From assembly GCA_028284675.1 (NCBI GenBank), contig JANQRI010000005.1, positions 31,997 to 95,996 of the forward strand: 64,000 nt of DNA, written 5' to 3'. Under the pieces are notes generated by a model. That model searched no databases, had not been told where the DNA came from, and saw only the letters and a list, made by a program, of their open reading frames with translations. The DNA comes from Gammaproteobacteria bacterium (lineage in GTDB: Bacteria; Pseudomonadota; Gammaproteobacteria; HTCC5015). Each line of letters begins with the position of its first letter. Position 1 is the stretch's first letter. The position numbers and the translations under genes are program-made. Of the stretch, positions 44,201-52,178 are shown piece after piece.

Positions 44201-46516
44201 TATGCAATGTGGGGTAATTTTGAAACCAAGCTTTACGATACTGATCTGGCGCAAATAGACCGGGTGCTTTATGGCGCGAATCTGCATTATGAAAGTTTAA
44301 GTACCACTGAGTATGGTGAGAACCGCACTGAGACGGATTTATTTATTGCCGAGCCGGGCACTTTGCTGGCCCGGGAAGAATTCCGCGGTACCGGTGGTTC
44401 GCTATATTTTCTGCAACGCCGTGATATTACGCAAGGCTCTGAACGCCTGCGTATAGAAGTGCGTGATAAAGATTCAGATATCGTTTTACAGGTTACCAAT
44501 CTGGTATATGCACAGGATTATGATATTGACTACATCCAGGGCAGGGTATTATTAAATGAGCCGCTGGCCTCTACCGCTGATGATGGCCTGTTGGTGCAAA
44601 ATGGTTCATTGAGCGGTAACCCGGTTTATCTGGTGGCTCGATATGAATACACGCCCGGTTTTGAGGAGTTGGATGATGTCGCAACCGGTGGCCGGGTCGC
44701 ACACTGGTTTGGTAACAAGTTTAAAGTCGGTGCAAGCTTTTCGAATCAGGAACAACTCGGCGAAGTGCAGGATTTGGCCGGTATTGATCTAACTATCCGC
44801 AAGACGCCGGCGACTTATCTGAAACTGGAGTCGGCGAAAACCGAAGGGCCGGCATTTGGACAGACGTTTTCAAATGACGGCGGTTTCCAGTTTAACAACC
44901 TTAATTTTACCGCTGACCCGGAAACCGATGCGGCTGCGCAACGCCTGGAAGCAGCTGCACAACTAAGCGACTTGTTTGGCAATACACCGGGTAAAGTGAC
45001 GTTGTATCTGCAGGAACGCGAGGCCGGGTTTGCGGCGCCGGGTCAGATTACCAATACCGACGTGTCGCAGGCCGGAGCAAGTGTGAATATGCCGGTCGGC
45101 AGCCGCTGGAATATTTTTGCAAAACTGGATGAACGTGATCAGGAGCAGGGTTTGTCAACATCGGCGATTGAGGTTGATACCCGCTATAAGCTGACCGATC
45201 AATGGCGTTTAAGCTGGGGTGTGCGTGCTGATGAGCGTGAAGATGACTCGGTTGTTGTGCCCGGGACCCAGACCACCGGCAAGCGCACTGATCTGTCATT
45301 CGAAGCGGCCTATGACAGCCTCGGCGACTGGTCGGTTTACGGATTTGTGCAGGGCACTGCCGATACCACCGAGAGTCGCGAAGACAACAGCCGGGCAGGC
45401 GTCGGTTCGGCATATCAGCTGTCGGACCGTTTAAAGCTCGATGCTGAAGTCTCCGGCGGTGACGGCGGTTCCGGCGGGCGCCTGGGAATCGATTATCTGG
45501 TCACCGACAGGACTAATCTATATCTTGCATATGCGCTGGAAAACGAACGTTCCGATACCGGCCTGCGCGCCCGTAATGGCCGTGCGACCGCCGGTTTCCG
45601 CACGCGCTATTCAGATGCATTAAGTGTATACGGTGAAGAGCGACTGCTGTTCGGTGAGCAACCTTCAGGGTTGACCCACGCTTACGGTATTGATATTGCA
45701 CCGGCGGATAAATGGACTCTGGGCATTTCTGTTGAGGCCGGCACGTTGGAGGATAATAATTCCGGCGCTGAAACCGAGCGTACCGCAGTGGGTTTGTCGG
45801 CCGGATTTGGTGGCGACAGAGTCCGGTATGCAACAGCGATTGAGCTACGTGAAGACATTACCGATGTTTCAGAGCGTAATACCTATTTGCTAAAAAATAC
45901 TTTATCGGTACAGCTCAGCCCCAGCTGGCGCACGATCGGCAAACTGAATATATCCGAGAGCGAAAGTTCCGCCGGTGAATTTTTCGACGGCGATTTCACC
46001 GAGTTTATTCTCGGTTATGCATACCGCCCGGTATATCATGACCGCCTGAACATGTTGTTCAAATACACATTTTTTGAAAACTTGCCGTCGCCTGAGCAGG
46101 AAACCACGAACAATGGCGCACGCGCGGATTTTATTCAGCGCAGCAATATTGTATCAGTGGACGCGACCTATGATCTGACCAAGCGCTGGACTTTGGGTAC
46201 CAAGTTGGCACGGCGTATCGGTGAGGTTTCTTTGGACCGAATTGATCCGCAGTTTTTTGAAAGTAATGCGAACCTGATTGTATTGCGGGCCGACTGGCAT
46301 ATTGTCCGCACCTGGGATTTGTTGGTCGAGGCGCGCGCGTTGGAGGTTGAAGAGGCCCAGGATGCCCGCGATGGGTTTTTGGTCGCCGGTTACCGGCATT
46401 TGGGCAACAATTTAAAAATCGGTGTCGGTTATAATTTTACCGATTTCTCTGATGACCTGACCGATCTGGATTTTGACAGCCAGGGTTTGTTTATCAATAT
46501 TGTCGGGAAATTGTAA
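41261..46516 (+). CDS. 1,751-aa outer-membrane protein: three N-terminal OmpA-like peptidoglycan-binding domains plus very large C-terminal predicted beta-barrel
   Basis: ATGA overlap with the giant gene, and signal peptide MRFRYAILYYLLGGLPSVAVFA. The OmpA-like domains lie at about 41645-42004, 42148-42493 and 42598-42980 (HFIGHTDNQ...LSAARS...SGRALNRRVEVEVW). From about 43841 onward the sequence has alternating-hydrophobicity strands with Gly, Asp and Asn turns up to the C-terminus. Confidence 0.85.
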   Translation: MMRFRYAILYYLLGGLPSVAVFAQDDVTDKNCPQGICQVIPDCEAEGLSEEECESYQRSRARGRMQDQNKIIEPGFSLRKTKLPQNSEMLLPDEAFTLWMQDEEQFRPQQDDEVVFEKRIVQDAETIKLDGLVDPVRFSSGRDDIPEEFIGQLRDVLNDMQGRANVRLHFIGHTDNQALSGASKARYGDNIGLSAARSRMVAEFFQRALGLPPEAVSFEGRGADEPLGSNDTASGRALNRRVEVEVWYDEITEREVEEQAIGGPEMTRIKVCRVMQRCIYKRKTGNYKKIQVINAVPPLRYEGTQVDIDSAYFSRLRKALADVEDMPNVAIRVVGHTDNQPLTGAVERIYTDRINLSKALANRVARVIQETLKLSNTDVSAFGKGETAPVAPNTTASGRALNRRVEVEIWHDDPRGTTVSKPLACPGAAEAEMVTQKYEDEKIIVPFKNGQPAYPNGFVPRVQRILTELRDKTNVRINFSGHTTNERLTRRAAMVYGDHMGLSEARGRRVMRYTQEQLQLTDEQVQHEGRGFIEPLNKPDDSPFARKTFSRLGQDNDPIVNPADARVELEFLFDELAKVEEDPNLEIVPVMQEEQPVSPFSLQPIRVTVDGVTLDDSRRHSADVQRCTDLELDKVNIQLAYDNLRQSPRLNVQAVPATVTFWDDPDTEPMENKVRFKAYSNYRAYIARAEVRVYDAEQSLQSEPLEVLPLNEELYAEWWWIPEIRPFEGPVKELRYVLRVYDDKGRFDQTAAKPLWVVNQLKSPEFLQEMDTVAEQRVVYGENHLAKRGIPVNGGTITVNGEQVADGYTVWIMNQAVPLSEDNAFVTEQIIPDGLHSVEVAVLDGEGSGSLYLRDLRLKRSDWFYVGIADLTLGVDDTEGPAALVTTDDTHYESDFWADGRIAFYTKGKTKGDFTITASADSREEPLEDLFSNFDQKDPDAVFRRLDPDYFYPTYGDDSTTIEDAPTSGRFFVKAEKNESYAMWGNFETKLYDTDLAQIDRVLYGANLHYESLSTTEYGENRTETDLFIAEPGTLLAREEFRGTGGSLYFLQRRDITQGSERLRIEVRDKDSDIVLQVTNLVYAQDYDIDYIQGRVLLNEPLASTADDGLLVQNGSLSGNPVYLVARYEYTPGFEELDDVATGGRVAHWFGNKFKVGASFSNQEQLGEVQDLAGIDLTIRKTPATYLKLESAKTEGPAFGQTFSNDGGFQFNNLNFTADPETDAAAQRLEAAAQLSDLFGNTPGKVTLYLQEREAGFAAPGQITNTDVSQAGASVNMPVGSRWNIFAKLDERDQEQGLSTSAIEVDTRYKLTDQWRLSWGVRADEREDDSVVVPGTQTTGKRTDLSFEAAYDSLGDWSVYGFVQGTADTTESREDNSRAGVGSAYQLSDRLKLDAEVSGGDGGSGGRLGIDYLVTDRTNLYLAYALENERSDTGLRARNGRATAGFRTRYSDALSVYGEERLLFGEQPSGLTHAYGIDIAPADKWTLGISVEAGTLEDNNSGAETERTAVGLSAGFGGDRVRYATAIELREDITDVSERNTYLLKNTLSVQLSPSWRTIGKLNISESESSAGEFFDGDFTEFILGYAYRPVYHDRLNMLFKYTFFENLPSPEQETTNNGARADFIQRSNIVSVDATYDLTKRWTLGTKLARRIGEVSLDRIDPQFFESNANLIVLRADWHIVRTWDLLVEARALEVEEAQDARDGFLVAGYRHLGNNLKIGVGYNFTDFSDDLTDLDFDSQGLFINIVGKL

Positions 46517-46630
46517 TTTTTAACTGCGAAAAAATTTCTGATTTTTGTAATGGCTTTATTCTTTGATTGGGTGAAGTAGTGACTTATGGTTCAGTAATAA
46601 TATCAGGGCAATAAAGACATGATCAGATGA

Positions 46631-46912
46631 TTAACTAACCAGAACGCCCTGCCAGAATGCAATATGATTTTTTATCGCTGCTGCTTTTGGTTTGGGGTCC
46701 GGATAATACCATGCGGCAGCATAATTGGTTTCACCATTGACTGTAATATCATAATAGCTCGCGGTGCCTTTCCATGGACATACAGTTTGTTTGTCACTCT
46801 TTATAAAGTATTCGTGATTAATCGCATCGGGTGGAAAATAGTGATTACCTTCTATAACGACGCAATCGTTGCTTTCCGCTAATATGGTTCCGTTCCAGAT
46901 CGCTTGGGTCAT
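46631..46912 (-). CDS. DUF427 domain protein
   Basis: MTQAIWNGTILAESNDCVVIEGNHYFPPDAI ... CPWKGTASYYDI ... AAWYYPDP matches my recollection of the DUF427 family pattern. The ORF track starts 7 codons earlier at 46933. Confidence 0.7.
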   Translation of the reverse strand: MTQAIWNGTILAESNDCVVIEGNHYFPPDAINHEYFIKSDKQTVCPWKGTASYYDITVNGETNYAAAWYYPDPKPKAAAIKNHIAFWQGVLVS

Positions 46913-47134
46913 ATGCTGTTGTGCTCCTTGCACTGCTGATTATGGGGTAAAATGCCAAATTCTTTAGCTCCTGGGTATTGTGACGGAATTTGCCGCTCAT
47001 AAGCAACTGAGATCCGTGTAGTATGGTTATTGAATATAAAACCAATAGAGTTGAAAATTGTCCATATGCGCTATGTTATCGAAATATATGAATATAGGTG
47101 GCGATTGTTGCCGGTTTGTCGGTGGTCTCAATAA

Positions 47135-47800
47135 ATGAACCCGGTTCGGTTAATGGCTGTTTCCACGAACAGTGCCAGGCGGAGGCTAATAAGCCTGTTT
47201 AGTATCGTGGCGATATTGTGTGCGTCCGTCGTTTTGGGGCATGTCAGCGCTACGGGTAATTTATCGATTGCCGGTGAATGGGTTTTTGATGTTGAAAAAA
47301 GTGATGATCTGCATAAATCGCTGGCCAAGCGCCTGGAGTTTTTGGATCTTTCGTCGGCAAGACGCGTGAACACATCGGATGGTCCGGTTGTGCTGGGCAA
47401 AGTGCGGCGGCGTCCGACTGAAAAACAGATAACTGAGCTGATTCAGGCGCTGGACAAAATAGTGCCGTTAAAACCGCTGGTGAAAACCTATCATCAGGGG
47501 GCGGTTGTGAACCTGTTTTATGCGGATGGCCGTGAGCGACGGATTTATACCGACGGGCGTGATTCGGCAACAACTGTGCAGAGCACGGCGATGAATCATG
47601 ATCAACAACTGGTGATTGCCGCCTGGGAGGAGCAGGCTCTCATAGTAGAGACCAACACCAATTCCGGTATAGAGATTTTGGAAAGCTATAAAGTTAACCA
47701 GGAAGATGGGAGTTTGCAGGTGATTATTTCGGTCGACTCGGCCGCATTGCCGAAATCCCTGCAGGTCAACTACGTGTATTTGCCGGTGTTGGCGGATTAG
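47135..47800 (+). CDS. Hypothetical secreted protein
   Basis: 221-aa ORF with an N-terminal hydrophobic segment (LISLFSIVAILCASVVLGHVSA) and a beta-rich remainder. No recognisable family. Confidence 0.5.
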   Translation: MNPVRLMAVSTNSARRRLISLFSIVAILCASVVLGHVSATGNLSIAGEWVFDVEKSDDLHKSLAKRLEFLDLSSARRVNTSDGPVVLGKVRRRPTEKQITELIQALDKIVPLKPLVKTYHQGAVVNLFYADGRERRIYTDGRDSATTVQSTAMNHDQQLVIAAWEEQALIVETNTNSGIEILESYKVNQEDGSLQVIISVDSAALPKSLQVNYVYLPVLAD

Positions 47801-47860
47801 ATTTGTTAAAATACCGATCTGGTTATTTTTTCCTTTTAATGCTGACGGGCTGGTAAAAAA

Positions 47861-48859
47861 ATGCAGGCAGCAAATTGCCCAAACAAAGTTGCTGATACCT
47901 CTATTGACCGACGCTTTTGTATAGCGCCGATGATGGATTGGACCGACCGGCATTGCCGGTATTTGCTGCGCCTGATTTTTCCACGGGCTTTGTTATACAC
48001 TGAAATGGTTACAACCGGTGCGATTATATTTGGCGACCGGCAGCGTTTCTTGGCATTTGATTCTTTTGAGCATTCACTCGCATTGCAGTTAGGCGGCAAT
48101 GATCCAAAGGCGATGGCGGAGTGCGCGCGTATTGCCGAGGGCTATGGTTATGATGAAATTAATTTAAATATCGGTTGCCCGAGTGATCGTGTACAATCAG
48201 GCGCGTTCGGCGCGTGTCTCATGGCGGAACCTGAAACAGTTGCTGCTTGTGTTGCGGCGATTAAAAGCACGGTGGGTATCCCGGTGACGGTTAAAACCCG
48301 CACAGGTATTGATGATCTTGATGAGCAAGAGTGCTTGTACCGCTTGATTGAAATGGTTGCCGCGGCAGGTTGTGAGACATTTATAATACATGCACGCAAG
48401 GCCTGGCTGAAAGGTTTGAGTCCGAAGCAAAACCGCGAGGTGCCGCCGCTGAATTATCCGCTGGTGCGGCAGTTGAAGCAGGATTTTCCGGCTTTAGAAA
48501 TTGTTTTAAACGGCGGTCTGAAAACTGAGCAAAGTATTGTTACACAACTGCAATATGTAGATGGTGTAATGGTGGGGCGTGAAGCTTATCAAAACCCTTT
48601 TGGTTTGCTGGGAGCATATCAAAAGGTTTTTGCTGAAAGTAATGTGCCTGTTGGTTGTACTCAAATTATATCCGCTTATTTGCCATATATTGAGCAACAA
48701 CTGGCACAGGGTGTGCCTTTAAAACAAATGACCCGGCATATGCTGGGTTTGTTTAAAGGCATGCCGGGAGCCCGGCGCTGGCGGCGTTCTCTGGCAGAGT
48801 GTTCAGCCGAAGCCGGGCCTGAAGTTATTGAAGACGTATTACGCTGTTTGAATAACTGA
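47861..48859 (+). CDS. dusA: tRNA-dihydrouridine synthase A
   Basis: Contains RFCIAPMMDWTDRHCRYLLR and NLNIGCPSDRVQSGAFGACLM, the DusA signatures. Confidence 0.92.
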   Translation: MQAANCPNKVADTSIDRRFCIAPMMDWTDRHCRYLLRLIFPRALLYTEMVTTGAIIFGDRQRFLAFDSFEHSLALQLGGNDPKAMAECARIAEGYGYDEINLNIGCPSDRVQSGAFGACLMAEPETVAACVAAIKSTVGIPVTVKTRTGIDDLDEQECLYRLIEMVAAAGCETFIIHARKAWLKGLSPKQNREVPPLNYPLVRQLKQDFPALEIVLNGGLKTEQSIVTQLQYVDGVMVGREAYQNPFGLLGAYQKVFAESNVPVGCTQIISAYLPYIEQQLAQGVPLKQMTRHMLGLFKGMPGARRWRRSLAECSAEAGPEVIEDVLRCLNN

Positions 48860-48879
48860 CTTTTTATCCGGGAGTAACT

Positions 48880-49710
48880 ATGAGCCGTAAACCAAAGAAG
48901 AAGCATAAAAAAGGGCCGACTATGGCCGAATTGGCAGACAAGCATGTGCTGTATGAGCAGTCTGTGCAGAATGTCGAATTTGAGGTCGAGTTTGTCGCCG
49001 ACACATTTAAAAGTATACGTCAGCGTAAAGCGAGAGCGATTCGCGAGGATTTCTGTGGCACGGCAAAAGCTGCCTGTCATTGGGTTGAGCAACATAAAGA
49101 CAATACTGCGGTCGGTGTTGATCTGGATGCTGATGTGCTGGCCTGGGGACGCAAGCATAATGTCGCGAAACTCAAGAGCAAAGAAGCCGCACGCGTTTCT
49201 TTACTGAATAATAATGTATTGGACGTCGAAACCGATCCGGTTGATGCGGTGTTGGCGATGAATTTCAGTTACTGGTGCTTTAAAACCCGTGACATGATGC
49301 GCACTTATTTTAAAAAAGTACATGCCGATCTGGTTGACGATGGAGTGTTCTTTCTGGATGCTTTCGGGGGCTACGAGGTCTATGAGGAAATGGAGGAAGA
49401 GACCGAGTATGATGATTTCACTTATATTTGGGATCAGGCGAAATATAATCCGCTAACCGGCGATATGACCACACATATACATTTTAAATTTCCGGACGGC
49501 TCTGAGCTGTGGCCGGCGTTTACCTATGAATGGCGCTTGTGGTCTTTACCGGAAATTCGTGAATTGCTGACTGAGGCCGGTTTTAAAAAGGTCACTATAT
49601 ACAGTCAGCGCTGGGATGAGGAAACCGACGAAGAAACCGAAGAGTTTTATCCGACAGAGACCATGGATGCCGATCCGGGTTGGGTGATATACATAACTGC
49701 TGAAAAATAA
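48880..49710 (+). CDS. Class I SAM-dependent methyltransferase-like protein
   Basis: 276-aa ORF with a motif I-like IREDFCGTAKAA, then VDLD and a post-I acidic residue pattern. The C-terminus is acidic. The assignment is moderate. Confidence 0.6.
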   Translation: MSRKPKKKHKKGPTMAELADKHVLYEQSVQNVEFEVEFVADTFKSIRQRKARAIREDFCGTAKAACHWVEQHKDNTAVGVDLDADVLAWGRKHNVAKLKSKEAARVSLLNNNVLDVETDPVDAVLAMNFSYWCFKTRDMMRTYFKKVHADLVDDGVFFLDAFGGYEVYEEMEEETEYDDFTYIWDQAKYNPLTGDMTTHIHFKFPDGSELWPAFTYEWRLWSLPEIRELLTEAGFKKVTIYSQRWDEETDEETEEFYPTETMDADPGWVIYITAEK

Positions 49711-49765
49711 TCCGGCCTGCATCATATTGCTTGCGGTCTTTGGTTTTGATGTTATCTTTGTCCGC

Positions 49766-50118
49766 GGAAGCCGGCCGGACAATCGCTCTGTATTCCATGT
49801 GAATCGGGGAGGAAAGTCCGGGCTCCGTAGGGCGGAGTGCCAGGTAACACCTGGAGGGCGTGAGCCCATGGAAAGTGCCGCAGAAAATATACCGCCTAAG
49901 CCTTCCGGGCCGGTAAGGGTGAAATGGTGTGGTAAGAGCGCACCGCGCCGGTGGCAACACCGGTGGCAGGGTAAACCCCACTCGGAGCAAGACCAAATAG
50001 GAAAGTGATTGCGTGGCCCGCGCAGCTTTCGGGTAGGTCGCTACAGGTAAACGGTGACGTTTATCGCAGATGAATGATTGTCCTCGACAGAACCCGGCTT
50101 ATAGGCCGGCTTCCTCAC
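49766..50118 (+). ncRNA. rnpB: RNase P RNA, bacterial type A
   Basis: Contains the universally conserved GAGGAAAGTCCGGGCTCC (49809-49826), GGTAAGGGTGAAATGGTGTGGTAAGAGCGCACC and ACAGAACCCGGCTTA. The P1 helix pairs 5' GGAAGCCGGCC (49766-49776) perfectly with 3' GGCCGGCTTCC (50104-50114). It is collinear with E. coli M1 RNA as I recall it. Confidence 0.95.
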
Positions 50119-50298
50119 TATTATATATGGGCTTAAATGAAGGCATGGATACTCCATTTCCGCCAAAACTTCATGTGGTTTCTAGCTTGATTCTTTAACT
50201 GCTTGAATAGTCTCTTCAATCACGGAAATATTCTCTTGGGATGACGCTAAGTCCCTGTCTTTAAAAGAAAAAAAACCTAATTTTAAGTTCCATTTTAC

Positions 50299-50327
50299 TT
50301 GCAAAAAGCCTTTTTGCTTTCTATAGT
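50299..50327 (+). promoter_or_regulatory. Sigma70-type promoter of the dcw cluster (Pmra-like)
   Basis: TTGCAA (50299-50304), an exact 17-bp spacer, then TATAGT (50322-50327), about 135 nt upstream of mraZ. Confidence 0.65.
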
Positions 50328-50335
50328 GTCGTAAT

Positions 50336-50360
50336 GTGGCGAAAAGTGGGAAATAGTGGT
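50336..50360 (+). promoter_or_regulatory. MraZ-type operator: three GTGGN direct repeats at 10-bp periodicity
   Basis: GTGGC (50336-50340), GTGGG (50346-50350) and GTGGT (50356-50360) are each separated by a 5-nt A-rich spacer. They lie just downstream of the -10 element. Confidence 0.6.
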
Positions 50361-50460
50361 AATAGCGCTGACAAAATAGCTGATCCAGCGATCGGTTTTG
50401 GCAGCGTATCTCCACGTTCCATGTTTTCCTGAATTGTGAAACGAGCGGCGGACAGTAGAG

Positions 50461-50931
50461 TTGTTTAAGGGCATAAATTATCTGAATCTTGATGCTAAAG
50501 GCCGTCTGGCAATGCCGGCCAAATACCGCGAGCGCCTGCAGGAAAATGGTGAAGGCAGTCTGGTTGTCACTATTGATCCCACAAATTCCGCCAAAGAGCC
50601 CTGTTTATTGCTTTACCCGCAACCGGAGTGGGAAATCATTCAGGCCAAGATTGATACCTTATCTAGTTTCAATCCTTCTTCCCGAAAGGTGCAGCGATTA
50701 CTGGTTGGGCATGCCGACGATGTATTGATGGATACCAGCGGCCGCATCCTGTTACCTGCTGCGTTGCGTGAGTTTTGCAGTATGGAAAAGAAAATCGTAT
50801 TGATTGGGCAGGGCAAAAAGTTTGAGCTTTGGGACGAGGCGACCTGGGATAAATCCCGCGCCAGTTGGCTGGAGCAGGCCGTAAGCGGGTCGGAATCGTT
50901 ACCGGCCGAGCTGGACTCTTTGTCATTGTGA
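50461..50931 (+). CDS. mraZ: Transcriptional regulator MraZ
   Basis: TTG start. MFKGINYLNLDAKGRLAMPAKYR and the second half DTSGRILLPAALR give the duplicated DxxxR motif. Confidence 0.93.
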   Translation: MFKGINYLNLDAKGRLAMPAKYRERLQENGEGSLVVTIDPTNSAKEPCLLLYPQPEWEIIQAKIDTLSSFNPSSRKVQRLLVGHADDVLMDTSGRILLPAALREFCSMEKKIVLIGQGKKFELWDEATWDKSRASWLEQAVSGSESLPAELDSLSL

Positions 50932-50988
50932 TAAGGCTGAATATCAGGCCTTTATTGCAACGAGCAGAGTGATTAGTAGGGGTGTGAA

Positions 50989-51912
50989 TTGGAACATCAG
51001 CCGGTCATGCTTGAGAGTGTAATCGCGGCGCTGAATATTAAGCCGGACGGCGTTTATCTGGACGGTACATTCGGTCGTGGCGGGCATGCAGCTGCAGTGC
51101 TGAAGGGTCTAAGCGCAGCGGGGCGCCTTTATGCACTTGATCGTGATCCGGCTGCAATCAGTGAGGCTGAACAGCAATTTTCCCAAGACAAGCGTTTCAC
51201 CATACGTCACGGTTCTTTTGAAACACTGATGCAATTTTGTGAGGAGTGGAAAATCGAAGGCCGTATCAACGGTGTGCTGCTGGATTTAGGTGTGTCTTCG
51301 CCGCAGCTTGATGATCCGGCACGCGGTTTCAGTTTTCAGTCTGACAGTCCTCTCGATATGCGTATGGATAACAGCGCTGGTTTGTCGGCCCGGGAGTGGC
51401 TGGCATCGGCAGCTGAGCAGGAGATTGCCGATGTGCTCTGGCAATATGGTGAAGAGCGGTATGCCCGCCGGATTGCGAAACGCATCGTGCATCAACGTAT
51501 TGAGCAACCGCTTAAAACGACCGCGGAACTGGTGCAGTTGATCACTGAAGCGAGTCCCCGCATGCAGCGCCATAAGCATCCGGCGACCCGTAGCTTTCAG
51601 GCGATTCGTATCTTTATTAACCGCGAACTGGAAGCATTGAAAAATGTATTACCGCAAGCGGTTTCGGTGATGGCGCCCGCCGGGCGTCTCGCGATAATCA
51701 GCTTTCATTCCCTGGAGGACCGTATCGTTAAGCGGTTTATGCGTGAGCAGGCCGCCGGTGACCGTTTGCCCCGTGGTTTGCCCGTGAAAGGGTATGCGGC
51801 TAATCGTCGCCTGAAGTTGATCGGGCGTGCACAAAAACCGCTTACAGAAGAAGTTAAGCAAAACCCGCGCGCCCGCAGTGCGGTGTTGCGTGTTGCGGAG
51901 AAGCTGCAATGA
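50989..51912 (+). CDS. rsmH: 16S rRNA (cytosine1402-N4)-methyltransferase
   Basis: Motifs YLDGTFGRGGHA, LLDLGVSSPQLD and SFHSLEDRIVK. TTG start. Confidence 0.93.
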   Translation: MEHQPVMLESVIAALNIKPDGVYLDGTFGRGGHAAAVLKGLSAAGRLYALDRDPAAISEAEQQFSQDKRFTIRHGSFETLMQFCEEWKIEGRINGVLLDLGVSSPQLDDPARGFSFQSDSPLDMRMDNSAGLSAREWLASAAEQEIADVLWQYGEERYARRIAKRIVHQRIEQPLKTTAELVQLITEASPRMQRHKHPATRSFQAIRIFINRELEALKNVLPQAVSVMAPAGRLAIISFHSLEDRIVKRFMREQAAGDRLPRGLPVKGYAANRRLKLIGRAQKPLTEEVKQNPRARSAVLRVAEKLQ

Positions 51913-52178
51913 TCCGGCAGTGGGCGCTGTTTCTGATTTTGTTGCTGTTGGTACAGGCATCGGCAATTGGTTTGGTGTATGTGAAACATTTAAACCGTAA
52001 ACTTTTTGTTGAATTGCAGGCTTCGCAAAGAGTCCGTGATCAACTGATGATTGAGTTTGGCCAGTTGCAACTGGAGCAAAGTACCTGGTCGACTCACGGT
52101 CGTATAGAGCGGATTGCACACCAGAAATTACAGATGCGTATGCCTGATTATGCGGCAGTGGAAATAATAAGTCGCTGA
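51909..52178 (+). CDS. ftsL: Cell division protein FtsL
   Basis: 89-aa bitopic protein with a TM segment then a leucine-zipper-like region (QLMIEFGQLQLEQS). It sits between rsmH and ftsI and has an ATGA overlap. Confidence 0.85.
   Translation: MIRQWALFLILLLLVQASAIGLVYVKHLNRKLFVELQASQRVRDQLMIEFGQLQLEQSTWSTHGRIERIAHQKLQMRMPDYAAVEIISR

Noticed and set aside
50182-50415. 77-aa minus-strand ORF between rnpB and mraZ.
   Set aside because: It covers the Pmra-like promoter and the GTGGN repeats. It has no RBS or recognisable family. The region is better explained as regulatory DNA.
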